Below, in pieces: positions 37,652-50,330 of a stretch of DNA of 64,000 bases. Positions within the stretch are counted from its first letter, which is position 1. Each line of letters opens with the position of its first letter. The stretch comes from Mobula hypostoma (Eukaryota). The DNA is taken from positions 177,010,001 through 177,074,000 of the forward strand of contig NC_086100.1 of assembly GCF_963921235.1 (NCBI RefSeq), given 5' to 3'. Position numbers and translations under genes: made by a program. The notes under the pieces are model-generated. The model saw nothing but the letters and a program-made list of their open reading frames with translations. It ran no database searches and was not told where the DNA came from.

Positions 37652-38056
37652 TGACAATCTTTTCATGAGGATTGTACCTTTAAGAGCTGACAATCTTTAC
37701 ACAGGGATTGTACCTTTAAGGGCTCACAATTTTTTCATGAGGATTGTACCTTTAAGAGCTGACAATCTTTACACAGGGATTGTACCTTTAAGGGCTCACA
37801 ATTTTTTCATGAGGATTGTACCTTTAAGAGCTGACAATCTTTACACGGGGATTATACCTTTAAGGGCTGACAATCTTTTCATGAGGATTGTATCTTTAAG
37901 GGCTGACAATCTTTTCATGGGATTGTACCTTTAAGGGCTGACAATCTTTTCATGGGATTGTACCTTTAAGGGCTGACAATCTTTTCACGGGATTGTACCT
38001 TTAAGGGCTGACAATCTTTTCATGGGATTGTAACTTTAAGGGCTGACAATCTTTTC
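37652..38056. repeat. 36/35-bp minisatellite (gacaatcttttcatgaggattgtacctttaagggct), about 11 copies
   Basis: Directly visible tandem units abutting a truncated SINE (about 37490-37650). Confidence 0.95.
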
Positions 38057-38179
38057 TAAGTGCTGCACAATGCTACAAAGATACTGCTTCCAGGTGAAAA
38101 ATGCCCTTTTGTGGTTTCATACTTGTTTTTGAACAATCACACAATCTTTTGCAGGGACCCGACCTGATGGTACTGTGAC

Positions 38180-38890
38180 ATAAGACCATACAATATAGGA
38201 GTAGAGTTACACTATTCAGCCCATCGAGTCTGATTTATTATCCTTCTCAACCCCATGCTCCTACCTTCTCCCAGTAATCTTTGATACCCTTACGAATCAG
38301 GAATCTATCAACCTCCGTCTTTGCGGACACCAAAGTCCGCAAACTTGGCCACCAAGTTATCAAATCTGTCATCCAAATCATTGACAAATAACATGAAAAG
38401 AAGTTGTCCAAACATTGACCCTGCGGAGCACCACTAATCATCAACAGCCAACCAGAAAAGATCCCCACTGCTTGTCTCCTGCCAGTCAGCCAATCTTCTA
38501 TCCATGAAAGTATCTCTCCTGTCATACCATGGGCCCTGACCTTGTTTAGCAGTCTCAAGTGCAGCACCTTGTCAAAGGCCTTCTGAAAATCCAAGTAAAC
38601 AACTGACTATCCTGCCTATTATTTCCTCAATGAATTCCAAAAGATTTGTCAGGCAAGATTTCCCCTTAAGTAAACCATGCTGACTCTGGCCTATTTTATC
38701 ATGTGCCTATTTTATCAGAAACCTTGTCCTTAACAATGGACTCCAACATCTTCCCAACCACTGAAGTTAGGTTAATTGGCCCATAATTTTCTGGCTTTTG
38801 CCTCCCTCCTTTCTTAAAAAGTGGAGTGGCATTTGCAATTTTACAGTCCTCTGCAACCATTCCAGAATCTGGTGATTCTTGGAAGATACC
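38180..38890 (-). mobile_element. CR1 LINE fragments (reverse)
   Basis: DFQKAFDKV and ANATPLFKKGGRQKPENYGPINLTSVVGK motifs. Confidence 0.88.
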
Positions 38891-40133
38891 TAGGTCAATG
38901 ATATGATACATCAAAAAAGTTGCCATTCCATTTTGGAGTTCAAGGAATACTCAAGATTCAGTTATCCCAGTTCTGGGACAGAATTACAAAGCTTATACAA
39001 GGCTAGGGAAGTTTCTACAAAATTCTTCTCTGGTAAACAATACGCAGAGGCAGATAATCACCTCAGCAACATCTGGCAGACTCCATCTTGATGTTCCTTG
39101 TTCTCTCCATTTGGGCAAAGATAGAAGTGGCAAGCGTAGCACAGGTAACTAACTCCCTTTTATGTCTCCCTCCGTTTTCCTCACCCTCCCATATAACCAG
39201 CAACAGAGATTAACTATCAGGATTTCAGAATTCAGATTATAACAACCAGTGGTGAAAGTGGGCAATGATGAATTTATTGGGAAAATTATAAACAAAAACA
39301 AAATGAAAGGAAAAACTGGCAAAGGACTCAACCTACATGGTAAAGAAACAGGAAAATGTTGTAAAGATTATAATAAAGTTTCTGTTTAAGGATGCCAACT
39401 GGATGTGCAGGATTATTCCACTGTTTCATATTATTTCTATTTAGTGATACAGCGCAGATAGACCCTTCTGGTCCTTCGAGCTACACCGCCCCAGCAACCC
39501 CCAACAAACCCCATTAACCCCAACCAAATAACCTCATCACGGGGCAATTTACAATGACCAATTAAATTACCTGCTACGTCTTTGGACTGTGAGAGGAAAC
39601 TTGGAGCACCCAGAGGGAATCTACACATTCCACAGGAAAGATGTACAGAGACTCCTTACAGAACGGCACTGGAATTGAACTCTGAACTCTGGAACGCCCC
39701 GAAGTGTAATTGAGTCGTGCTAACCACTACTGTGGTTACCCATTAACTAACAGAAAATAAACTTGGGTTAAAAAGATCATTTCCTGTGGGGTGCCACAGG
39801 ATCATTGCTGGGGTCTCAATTATTTATAATCTATATTGATAACTTGGGTGAAGGGGCCCAGCCCAGAAACGGTCTTCTTAGCCCAACAGTTTAGTAACCA
39901 AGTACACTGCCTCACACCTTACTGACCAAACATGTCCTTCTGTTTGTTTTCTTTTCCTCATGTTTATCTAGGTTCTCCAATCAATGCAAGTTAACCACAA
40001 TATAACACATTCCATATTCTCACCACTCTTTGATTTAGGAGATTTCTCCTTATTTCCTTATTGGATTTATTGAAGATTGTCTTGCATTTATAGCCTTCCG
40101 GTAAGTGTAAAGATTATTTGAATGAACGCTCAC

Positions 40134-40293
40134 CCGAGTTATCAACTGTCTCTGTGATGTTCCGTGGTGTACTCTGGGCTTGGTTCTGTGCACTGCTTAT
40201 CTGTTCAGTGGGATCATCAATACTTTCTCCTCGAATCATTGTCAGGTCTTGCATGCTGAAGCTTCTTAGCCTCTCCGAGAGAGCTCCTTGTCC
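40134..40293 (-). CDS. REEP1: REEP1 coding exon (GQGALSERLRSFSMQDLTMIRGESIDDPTEQ...ETVDNS)
   Basis: ctacag| acceptor; GQGALSERLRSFSMQDLT is the REEP1 signature; donor G|gtgagc in phase 1; 160 nt. Confidence 0.95.
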
Positions 40294-40351
40294 CTGTAGC
40301 AAGGGGGGATGGTTAGTTTCATCACAAGACTTGTGAGCATTGAACAGACAT

Positions 40352-40353
<2 letters not shown>

Positions 40354-40389
<36 letters not shown>
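40354..40389. repeat. (GT)18 microsatellite, read as (CA)n on the REEP1 sense strand
   Basis: Directly visible. Confidence 0.95.
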
Positions 40390-40390
<1 letters not shown>

Positions 40391-41559
40391 GGGGCACTGC
40401 TTGCGAATATCGTACACTTACTGCTGTTCATTATCATCATCATTACGTGCCATGTTATATGATGTAGGTGATCATGCTCTTTCCATGACTATGATTGTTC
40501 TTGGTTAGTTTTTCCATAGAATTGGTTTGCCATTTCCTTCTTCTGGGAAGTGCCCTTTACAAGCTGTTATCAAAACTGTTCAGAGATTGTCTGCCTGACG
40601 TCAGTGGTCACATAACCAGGACTTGTGATATGCACCACCTGCTCCCATGACTTCACATGACCCTGATCCGGGTGCTACGCCTTGCCCAAGGGTGACCTGC
40701 AAGCTAGTGGAGGGAGGAGCGCCTTACGCCTCCTTTAGAAGAGACGTACCTCCACCCCGTCACTCTATTAAAGTAACAAAATCATCAGAACTGGTAAAAC
40801 TGACTTTGACTTTGAGCTTCTACTATGGTGGGACAACGTTGAGATGGATCATCCACTCAGTATATCTAGTTGAAATTGATTGTCAATGCTTTGACCTCAC
40901 CTTCAGCCAATGATGGGCCTCACTTTTGATGAAGCTGGGGTGACCCACAGCCACTTTTCTGATTGTCCTCGCTCCAGTCCTAACCAGGTATGGCACGTCA
41001 GAATTTTGATATGTACACCTTCCCCTTCGCCCACTTTCTTACTGTGGCTCCTTCCCCTTTCCTTTCCATTCCAGATGAAGGGTTCTGGCCCAAAACGTCA
41101 GCTGTTTATTTCCATAATCTGTATCGGTTAGTGGAACACGACCACCGTGCCAGCTGTAAGATGGTGGTTCATTCTCTACCACTGTAAGGAGTTTGTACGT
41201 TGTCCCCTTGAGAACGTGTGGGTTTTTTCCGGCTGCGCCGGCTTCCTCCCACATTCCAAAGACATACTCGTGAGTTGTGAGCATGCTCTGTAGGTGTCGG
41301 AAGCATGGCAACGTTTACGAGCTGCTCAACACAATCCTCACTGATCTGATTTGACACAGACATTTCACCGTATGTGACAAATAAAGCTAATCTTTAATCT
41401 TTTCTTTGCCTGTCCTGCTGAGTTCCTCCAGCATCCTGTGGTGTGTTACTCTGATACAATCCATGTGATGTAGTAGTCAATGATTCCATAGTAAACACAA
41501 CACTTCCTCAGTTAATAGCAATCATTCACAGATGGATTACTCTGTGCATTTCTGGATAT

Positions 41560-42830
41560 GGTGCAGAGAACTCTGCCTGGCTTAGAATGTCTCATTTATA
41601 GAGAGAGATGGGTTCGTTCTCCTTGGAGCAGAAGAAGCTGAAGAGGTGAGGGAGCCTGACAGAGGTATATAAAACTAAGGAGGATAGATGGTAAGAAACA
41701 TGGCAGAGGTGACCAAGACCAGAGAGCATAAGTTTAAGGAGAGGAGGAAGAGATTTAGGGAAGCTCTAAGCAAGATTTTTTTTACCAGAACGATGATTAG
41801 CATCTGGAACACACTGCCTGAGAAAGTGGTAGAGACAGACATTCTCACAAAGTTTAAAAAGCACCTGGATGTGCACGACTACTGACCAAGTACTGGTGAG
41901 TAAGATTAGTAAGGTGTGGATGACACTAAGATTGGGGGTGCAGTGGACAGTAAGGAAGGCTATCATGGCTTGCAGCAGGATCTGGACCAACTGGAAAAAA
42001 TGGGCTGAAAATGGCAAATGAAATTTAATGCAGACTAGTGTGAGGTTTTAGGTTTTGCACTTCAGTAGGACCAACCTGGGTAGGTCTTAAAGAGTGAACG
42101 GTAGGGCACTGAGGAGTGTGGTAGAACAAAGGGATCTGGGAATACAGGTCCATTATTCATTGAACGTGGCATCACAGGTAGATAATGTTGTAAAGAAAGC
42201 TTTTGGCACATTGGCCTTCATAAATCAATGTACTGAGTACAGGAGATGGATGTTATGTTGAAGTTATATAAGATGTTGGTGAGCCCTAATTTGGAGTATT
42301 GTGTGCAGTTTTGGTCACCTACTTACAGGACAGATGTAAACAAGGCTGAAAGAGTACTGGGAAAATTTACAACAATGTTGCTGGGTCTGGAACATCTGAG
42401 TTTTAAGGCAAGATTGAATAAATTAGACTTTATTCTTTAGAACACAGAAGAGTGAAAGGAGATTTGGTAGAGGTAAATAAAATCATGATGGGTATAGATA
42501 GGATTTTTCCACTGAAGTTGGTTGGGACTACAACCAAAGGTCATGGGCCAAGGGTAAAAGGTGAGGAGTTTAAGAGGAACATGAGGGGGGACTTCTTCAC
42601 TCAGAGGTTTGGGAGAGTGTGGAATGAGCTGCCAGCACAAGTGGTGCATGTGAGCTCAACTTCACTGTTTAAGGGAAGTTAGGATAGGTACATGAATAGT
42701 AGGGGTATGGAGGGCAATGGTCCCTGTGCAGGTCAATAGGAGTAGGCAGTCTAAGTGGTTTTAGCATGGACTAGATGGGTCAAAGGGCCTGTTTCTGTGC
42801 TGTACTTCTCTGTAACTCTATGAGTCTAAA
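41560..42830 (+). mobile_element. Two adjacent CR1 LINE 3' fragments
   Basis: DDTKIGG, LEYCVQFWSP and FFTQR..RVWNELP motifs. Confidence 0.88.
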
Positions 42831-43159
42831 GAAATTCAGTCAATGGTCAGCAAAGCAAGGTGAGCTGAAGGGCCTGTTTCTTTATGGCTTTATAAAATTT
42901 GATGATAGCCTAACTTATATATAAGACATTCAATCAGCTCATCATTCCTGGATCTTCATCCCCGGGATCATTCTCGTGAACCTCTTCTGGACCCTCTCCA
43001 ATGCCAACACATCTTTTTCAGATAAGGAGCCCAAGATGTTTTTTTTGGGGTGGGGTTGCAATCAGTGCAAAAGTTCATTTGTTGGTGATGGCAGTACGGG
43101 TTTTAAAAGAGCTCAGGTGCTTTTGGGGTGTCTCGGCGGGCTGTTATCAACGTGAGAGG

Positions 43160-43735
43160 TCATTCATTCTCCCACATCATTGAGCACATCTACACAGAGC
43201 GCTGCTACGGGAAAGCAGTTTCCATCGTCAAGGACCCACACCACCCAGGTCATGCTCACTTCTTGCTGCTGCCATCAGGAAGAAGGGTCAGGAGCCTCAG
43301 GTCCCACACCAACAGGTTCAGGGTCAACCGTCTGGCTCTTAAACCAGAGGGGATAATTTCGTTCAACTTCACTTGCCCCATCATTGAAATGTTCCCACAA
43401 CCTATGGACTCACTTTCAAGGACTCAAGATTTATTTCTTATTTAGTTATTATTATTTCTTTTTTTTTCTTTTGTATTTGAAGTTTGTTATATTTTGCATA
43501 TTGGTAGGTAGTCCGTCCTGTCAGGCACAGTCTTTCATTGATTCTATTATGTTTCTTGGATGTTTTGAGCATGCCCGCAAGAAAACAAATCTCAGGATTG
43601 TTTATGGTGCTATAAGTATGTGGCTGCCCTTAAGCAAACAAATCTTAAGGTTATATAATTTATACATTCTTTGATAATAAATGTACTTTGAATCTTTGAA
43701 TATGTACTTTGATAATAAATTTACTTTGTTTGTTG
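43160..43735 (+). mobile_element. Rex1-like LINE 3' end
   Basis: SIVKDPHHPGHAHFLLLPSGRR motif and gataataaatttacttt tail; similar to 60770-61435. Confidence 0.8.
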
Positions 43736-43736
43736 C

Positions 43737-43990
43737 AAGTGAACATCCCAGGAGTTCAGCAGTTTTTGAGGTACTCAATTCACCCTGAATGGCACCAACA
43801 ATCATTCCTTGCTCGAAGTCACTCAGATCACATTTCTCCCCCATTCTGATGTTTGGTCTGAACAACAACTGAACCTCTTGACCATCCCTGTATGCGTTGA
43901 TGCATTGAGTTGCTGCCACATGACTGGCGGATTAGATATTTGCATTAAAAAGCAGGTATACAGGTGTACCTAATAAAGTGGCCACTGGGC
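43737..43990 (-). mobile_element. Tc1-like transposon 5' end (TIR and transposase HTH start)
   Basis: Minus strand: TIR-like cagtggccactttattaggtacacc, then MGEKCDLSDFEQGMIVGA...SKTAELLGCS. Confidence 0.85.
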
Positions 43991-44439
43991 GTCGTCAACA
44001 TTTTCTACAAAAAGGACTATGCTGCAAACCACAGGACATACAGGGTGTTCCAAACTGTACACTTCATGCAGTCAGACAGACTGAACCCAGCAAGATTTCC
44101 ACTCACTGCCAGTTTGCAAACTCTGTGACAACACAGCAGCGTGTTAGGATTACTCGATCGACAGGGGTTTTAAGAAGCTGAAGCACAATGAGATACAGGT
44201 CCTATTCCACAAGGGTTCCAGTTTCCATGCTAGTTAACCCCTCCCCATGCAATTACAGAAGAAATTTTCCCCTTTGTCTGTGCACTCACATGTTTAAAGC
44301 CAGTATACCTCGGAAAGATGTTTGGGAAGCAGGAGATAAAGGAGTACGACTTAAATTCTCAAATATTCCATACATCCCTGCACTTATTTGATCCTTCAGT
44401 TTAATGAAATAATTAAACAGATGCCTGTGTTGCAATATT

Positions 44440-44900
44440 GGATCCAGAGGAGGTTCACGAGAGTGATCTCGGGAATGATATATGAGGAGTGTTTGATGGC
44501 TCTAGGCCTGTATTCACTAGAGTTTAGAAGAATGAGGGGGGGATCTCATGGAAACCTACTGAATATCGAAAGGCTAGATAGTGTGGATGTAGAGAGGATG
44601 TTTCCTTTAGTAGGGGAAATGGTCTAGGACCAGAGGGCACAGCCTCAGAAAAAATGGACGTCACTTTAGCCGGAGAGTGGTGAGTCTGTGGAATTCATTG
44701 CCCCAGGCAGATGTGGAGGCCAAATCCAAGTCATGGCAGAGGTTGATAGGTTCTTGATTAGAAAAGGTGTCAAAGGTTTCAGGGAAAAGGCAGGACAGTA
44801 GGCTTGAGAGAGATAATAAATCAGCCATGACAGAATGGCAGGGCAGACTCGATGGTCCAATTGGCCTAGTTCTCCTCCTCTGTCCTATGGTCTTATGGTT
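44440..44900 (+). mobile_element. CR1 LINE 3' end
   Basis: QRRFTRVI...LGLYSLEFRRMRG motif. Confidence 0.85.
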
Positions 44901-46236
44901 TATAATTAACACTCTTCATCACACCAAAACAGTAAAGCACATCCAAATACAGAGAACCTCTGTAGATCTGCTCCCCTCACTCGCTCATTGATAATACACT
45001 TGCCTTCATCCTTACTACCCATATTGGAAGTCACAGGTTTCTCCAGATCAGTGTTACTTGTCTGTGGGAGTCCCAGTTAGTTTTCTATCCAACTATGCTT
45101 TGAACGCAGCAACCAGCAAATGGCAAAATGCAAGGAATCTGAATTAGGCAAGGTTTATTAGTCCAGGGTTAGTAGCTACACATTCCAAATTACCTTCCCC
45201 TCTTTTAACTCCACATAAAGGATTAGGTTGAGAAGGCTTGATACCTATGCAGAAAAAGCAGTTCCGATAAGCTGAAAATCATAAACACACAAGAGGGTCT
45301 GCAGATACCGGAAATCTGGAGTAACACGCTGGGGATGCTGGATGAGCTCAGCAGCTCAGGCCGCATCTATGGAGAGGAATAAAGAGCCAATGGGCCTCGG
45401 TCCGAAACGTCTATTCCTCTCCATAGTAAGGAATTCCCAACCTGGGATCTACGGATCCCTTGCTTAATGGTATTGGTCCATGGCATTGAAAAAGGTGGGG
45501 AACCCTGCCATGGATGCTGTCCGACCTACTGAGCTCCTTGCAGCATTTTTGTCTACTACAATAAGCTGACATAGGTACATGGAAGGGGAACGACATCTCA
45601 GGCTGCTCACATTGAACATGTATATGAACATTGCCTGTCACTTGTATCCAACCTCATGTGGTCAGCTCCACTAACTTCAGTCCCATTGAATGCACAGAAC
45701 TAAGAACGCCTGGCTCTTCCCACAAGAATTCAAACTTCTTTCCACAGACACCACCTTTAACAATACAGCACAGACAAGGACTGCCACAGTAAAAATTAAC
45801 TCACACTTATACTGTAATATAGTCATAGCTGCCTAAAAGCAGCTATTCCAGCAGGAATTGTGAAATGAAGAAAATAAAATATTCTAATGACTTCATTGGA
45901 ATGAAACTGTATTCTATGTCCCATAAATTGATCTGAATAACACAACATCAACATGGACTCAAAAATATAAAGACAAGAGATTCAGCAAATGTAGAAAATC
46001 CACAGTAACACTCACAAAATGTGCAGGAACACAGCAGGTCAGGCAGCATCTATAGAGTGGAGTAAAGACAGGAGATTTCAGACCAAGACCCTTCGTAGTT
46101 CTCAATGTCCAGTCTCCGCAGAATCTCTTGTGTTTAGAGAGATTAGGTGGTTTACGTGCATAATCACATGTGCTTTAAACTTACACTCTATCAAAAGCAT
46201 TCTGAAGGTCCAGGAATGTCCATTGGTTGTCCCTTA

Positions 46237-47160
46237 TAGATTCATAGAATAGTACAGCATAGAAACAGGCCCTTTGGCCCATCAAACTGCCTACTTCCAT
46301 CAACCTACACCTGGACCATATCCCTCCAAACCCTTCCCATCCATGTACCTATCCAAACTTCTCTTAAATGTCGAAATTGAGTTCGCTTCCACTACTTGTG
46401 CTGGCAGCTCATTTCACACTCCCACAGCCCTCTGAGTGAAGATGTTTCCCCTCATGTGCCTCTTAAACTTTTCACCTTTCACCCTTAACCCATGACCTCT
46501 AGTTGTAGTCCCACCAAACCTCAGCGGAAAAAGTCTGCTTGCATTTACCCTATCTATACCCCTCATAATTTTGTATACCTCTATCAAATCTCCTCTCAGT
46601 CTTCTAAGTTCCAAGAAATAAAGTCCTAGCCTATTCAATCTATCCTTATAACTCAAGTCTTCCAGTCCCAGCAACATCCTTACAAATTTTTTCTGTACTC
46701 TTCCAACCATATTTAAATTGTTCCTGTAGGTAGGTGACCAAAACTGTGCACAATATTTCAAATTAGGCCTCACCAATGTCTTATACAACTTCAACATAAC
46801 ATCCCATCTTCTGTACACAACACTTTGATTTATGAAGGCCAATGTGCCAAAAGCTTTTTTTTATGACTCAATCAACCTGTGATGCCACTTTCAATGAATT
46901 ATGGACCTATATTCCCAGAACCCTTTGCTCTGCAGCACCCCTCAGTGCCCAACTATTCACTGTGTAAGACCGACCCTGGTCGGTCCTACAGAAGTGCAAC
47001 ACCTCACATTGTTTACATTAATTCCATCTGCCATTTTTCAGTCCATTTTTCCAGCTGGTCCAGATCCTGCTGCAAGCTCTGATAGCCTTCCTCACTGTTC
47101 ACTACACCCCCAATCTTTGTGTCATTCACAAATTTGCTGATCCAGTTAACCACATTATCA
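46237..47160 (-). mobile_element. CR1 LINE 3' part (reverse)
   Basis: ORF 46414-46842: LYKTLVRPNLKYCAQFWSP...RRLRGDLIEVYK. Confidence 0.9.
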
Positions 47161-47269
47161 CAAAACAAGAGATGACAAAACATTTTTTTTCCAGTTTATT
47201 AGTTGCAACCTCAAGAAATTCCAGTAGAGTTGTTAGGTTCTATAGAAGCTAGAAACCCAGTGTAATTTT

Positions 47270-47455
47270 CACACACAATGCTGGAGGAGCTCAGCAGGTC
47301 AAGCAGTATCTATGGAAAGGAATAAACAGTCATTGTACGGGCCAAGGCTATTCATCAGGACCCTAAAGGGTCTTGGCCTGAAACGTTGACTCTTTATTCT
47401 TCTCCAGAGATACTGCCTGACCTGCGGAGTTGCTCCAGAATTTTGTGTGTTACAT
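47270..47455. mobile_element. Inverted pair of Penelope-like terminal fragments (hairpin)
   Basis: Arms acacacaatgctggag...aacagtc and gactctttattc...aattttgtgtgt are imperfect reverse complements. Confidence 0.7.
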
Positions 47456-48724
47456 GGAATCAAAGTATTTTATTGCTTTTTCACCATTACTAGCATCACC
47501 AAGCTCATGTAGCAAAAGGGCAAAGCCATTACATCAATTTAGTTTTATTCAATAATAAAGCATTCAGAGGGTTTCTACCAAAGCTGGAGTTGATCTTGCT
47601 AAAGACGCTGATCTTGCTATCAGTCTATTGGCGTTACTTCCCCCTGGTCACAGCTGGATGAACATGAACAGAACATAATTATCCTAGAAGCATTTTGGAA
47701 TCATTAACATTTCCACTAGAATTCATAGAGTGATAGAAACATACAAGCAAGGAAACAAGTCCTTCATCCCAACCTGCCCATGCTGACCTAAATGCTTACC
47801 TGAGTTAATCCCATTTTTCTGTGATTAGCCCAATTCCCTCTGAACATTTCCTATCCATGTACATGTCCATTGTAGTTGTGCCCACCTCTATCACTTCTTC
47901 TGGCAGCTCATTCCATTATCACCATCACTCTCTTTATGAAAAGGTTGCCCCTCAGGTCCCTTTTAAACCTTCCCTCTCTCGTCTTCTATCCATGTACCAG
48001 TGCAAAGTCTTTTTAACATTGTCTGATACCACCAGCTTTAAGAATAGCTACTTCCCTTCTACCTTTTCGTTCTTGAACCAACCCGCACAACCCTAATCAC
48101 TACCTCAGTATAGCAACACTTTGCACGACAATGGACTTTTATAGTTATAATTATCTATATTCTCTCTTGTATAATTTAGCATAATTTATATTTGTTCTTG
48201 TGATTGATGTGACTCTGATGATACCTATGTGCCTGTGATGTTGTTGCAATTATTTTTTTTAATTGCATATTGCATAACACCCTCAGACTCCTACCTCCAA
48301 GCCAATTTTATATCCAGTTTGCTAGCTTACCCTGATTCAAGTCCAGTCTACCATCCGGGACTTTGTCAAAGACCTTGCTGACATGTGAGCAATGTTTACC
48401 ACCTGCCATCGTCAATCCTCTTGACACTGACAAGCAGGGAGACTGCTGTGAAGGGCCTGACATCATGCTGTATTTTGCTATGAGTCTGAGTTTCAGGCAA
48501 CCAGGTGAAGGCAAGAACATGAGGACCATGCAATGTGCTCTTTACGATTGGAATGTGGCTTCAATTCTCCAGGCTGCTTATTTTGTTTCTCAGGAACCAT
48601 AGGAAAACCAAAGCCACACAAAGTTCTTCGTTGGTTATTTGGTAATTTCATATAGAAGTTCAATATCTTTAGCAGCAGGTGGAGACTTGATGGCTCAACA
48701 CTTAATTATTTGATGTCCGTAATA

Positions 48725-49090
48725 TAGAAACATTGAAACATAGAAAACTTACAGCACAATACAGGCATTTTGGCCCACAATGCTGTGCCAAACATGTACT
48801 TACTTTAGAAATTACCTAGGGTTATCCATAGCCCTCTATTTTTCTAAGCTCCATGTACCTATCCGGGAGTCTCTTAAAGGACCCTATCGTTTCCGCCTCC
48901 ACCACAGTCGCCAGCAGCCCATTCCACACACTCACCACTCTCTGCAGAAAAAAACTTACCCCTGACATCTCCTCTGTACCTGCTTCCAAGCATCTTAAAA
49001 CTATGCCCTCTCATGTTAGCCATTTCAGCCCTGGGAAAAAGCCTCTGACTATCTACACGACCAATGCCTCTCATCATCTTATACACCTAA
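48725..49090 (-). mobile_element. CR1 LINE 3' end (reverse), same subfamily as 9445-10605
   Basis: YKMMRGIGRVDSQRLFPRAEM motif and reversed tail. Confidence 0.88.
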
Positions 49091-49784
49091 TCATCAGTTC
49101 ATCAGTTGGTGCCAGAGTAGTAACCAAGGCACAAGAATCTCTCAATAAAATTATCATCCAAATCCTTCCGTGATCTTGGTCCCCCAGCATTCTTCCAAGT
49201 TGGAATCATTCTGTAATTACGTAAAAAAAAACTGCTTCTTTGACAAAGTTTATAGCCCCTGTCCACATATTATCCTGTCTAATTACAAACACATTCCTGT
49301 ACTGTGAAATGGGATTTTGAGGCCTCAAAATTCCAAATCGAAATCTTTTGTGTGGAGACAACACTTCATTCAAAAACACATCACATTATATCAAGTAATT
49401 TCCTTGTCATCTTAAGCCTGCAGGGAAAAATCCAATAAAAGTACAAAACAGGGAGAAATATGCAAATTGTCTATAAGACTGGAATTTCATAGCGGGTCAA
49501 TCAATGTGTCAGTGACATCACTGTCCAAAAAGCTTTTGTTATTGAAACAGGTGTACAGGAATCATGTCAACATGACTGCCTTTGGGGATATGCCACCTGA
49601 CAATGGCATTTGTTGAACTATATCTGAGCTAACAAGAATAGGAAGCCAAATGTAGTAAGAGTAGAAAAATACAGCAGACTGTCATAAACACAGATCCTCA
49701 GACCTCCAGCCCAAGGTTGGCCTGGAAAGTAATAGTGTGTTCGTGCATCAGGAAAACTCCTTATCAGTTAATTTTGGTTCAACA

Positions 49785-50330
49785 CATTCAACATGCTAGA
49801 GGAACTCTACATGTGTGGAAATGAATAAACAGTTGGCATTTCCAGCTGAGACCCTTCTTCGGAACTGGAAAAGAAGGGGGAAGACACTGGAATAAAAAAT
49901 GTGGGGCGAGGTGAAGGAGGTTAGCTGGTAGGTGGAAAAGGTAAAGGACTGGAGGAGAAAGAATCTGATAGGAGAGGAGAGTGGACCATAGGAGAAAGGG
50001 AAGGAGGAGGGGACCCAGGGGAAAATGATAAGCAGGTGAGAAGAAGTAAAAGGCCAGAGTGCGGAATAGAGGAAGAGGGGAAGGGGAGGGAATTTTTTTT
50101 AACCAGAATGAGAAATCAATATTCATGCCATCAGGTTGGAGGCTACCCAGACGGAATATAAGATGTTGCTCCTCCATCCTGATGATGGCCTCATCTTGGC
50201 ACAAGAGGAAGCCATGGCCCATCGACCGACATGTTGGAATGGGAATGGGGATGGGAATTCAAATGTTTGGCCACTGGGAAGTCCCGCTTTTAGTGTATGG
50301 AGCGGAGGTGCTCAATGAAGCGGTTCTCCA
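49785..50330 (-). mobile_element. Penelope-like retroelement 3' end (GIY-YIG endonuclease C-terminus and terminal repeat)
   Basis: Minus frames give RFIEHLRSIH..DFPVAKHLNS and RMEEQHLIFRLGSLQPDGMNIDFS, followed by a pyrimidine-rich UTR and a degenerate hammerhead motif. Confidence 0.85.

Noticed and set aside
37608-37934. 108-aa repetitive ORF (IVPLRADNL repeats) and CRISPR-like appearance of the array
   Set aside because: The frame is a by-product of a 36-bp unit and breaks where units become 35 bp. There are no unique spacers, and the context is a eukaryotic intron.
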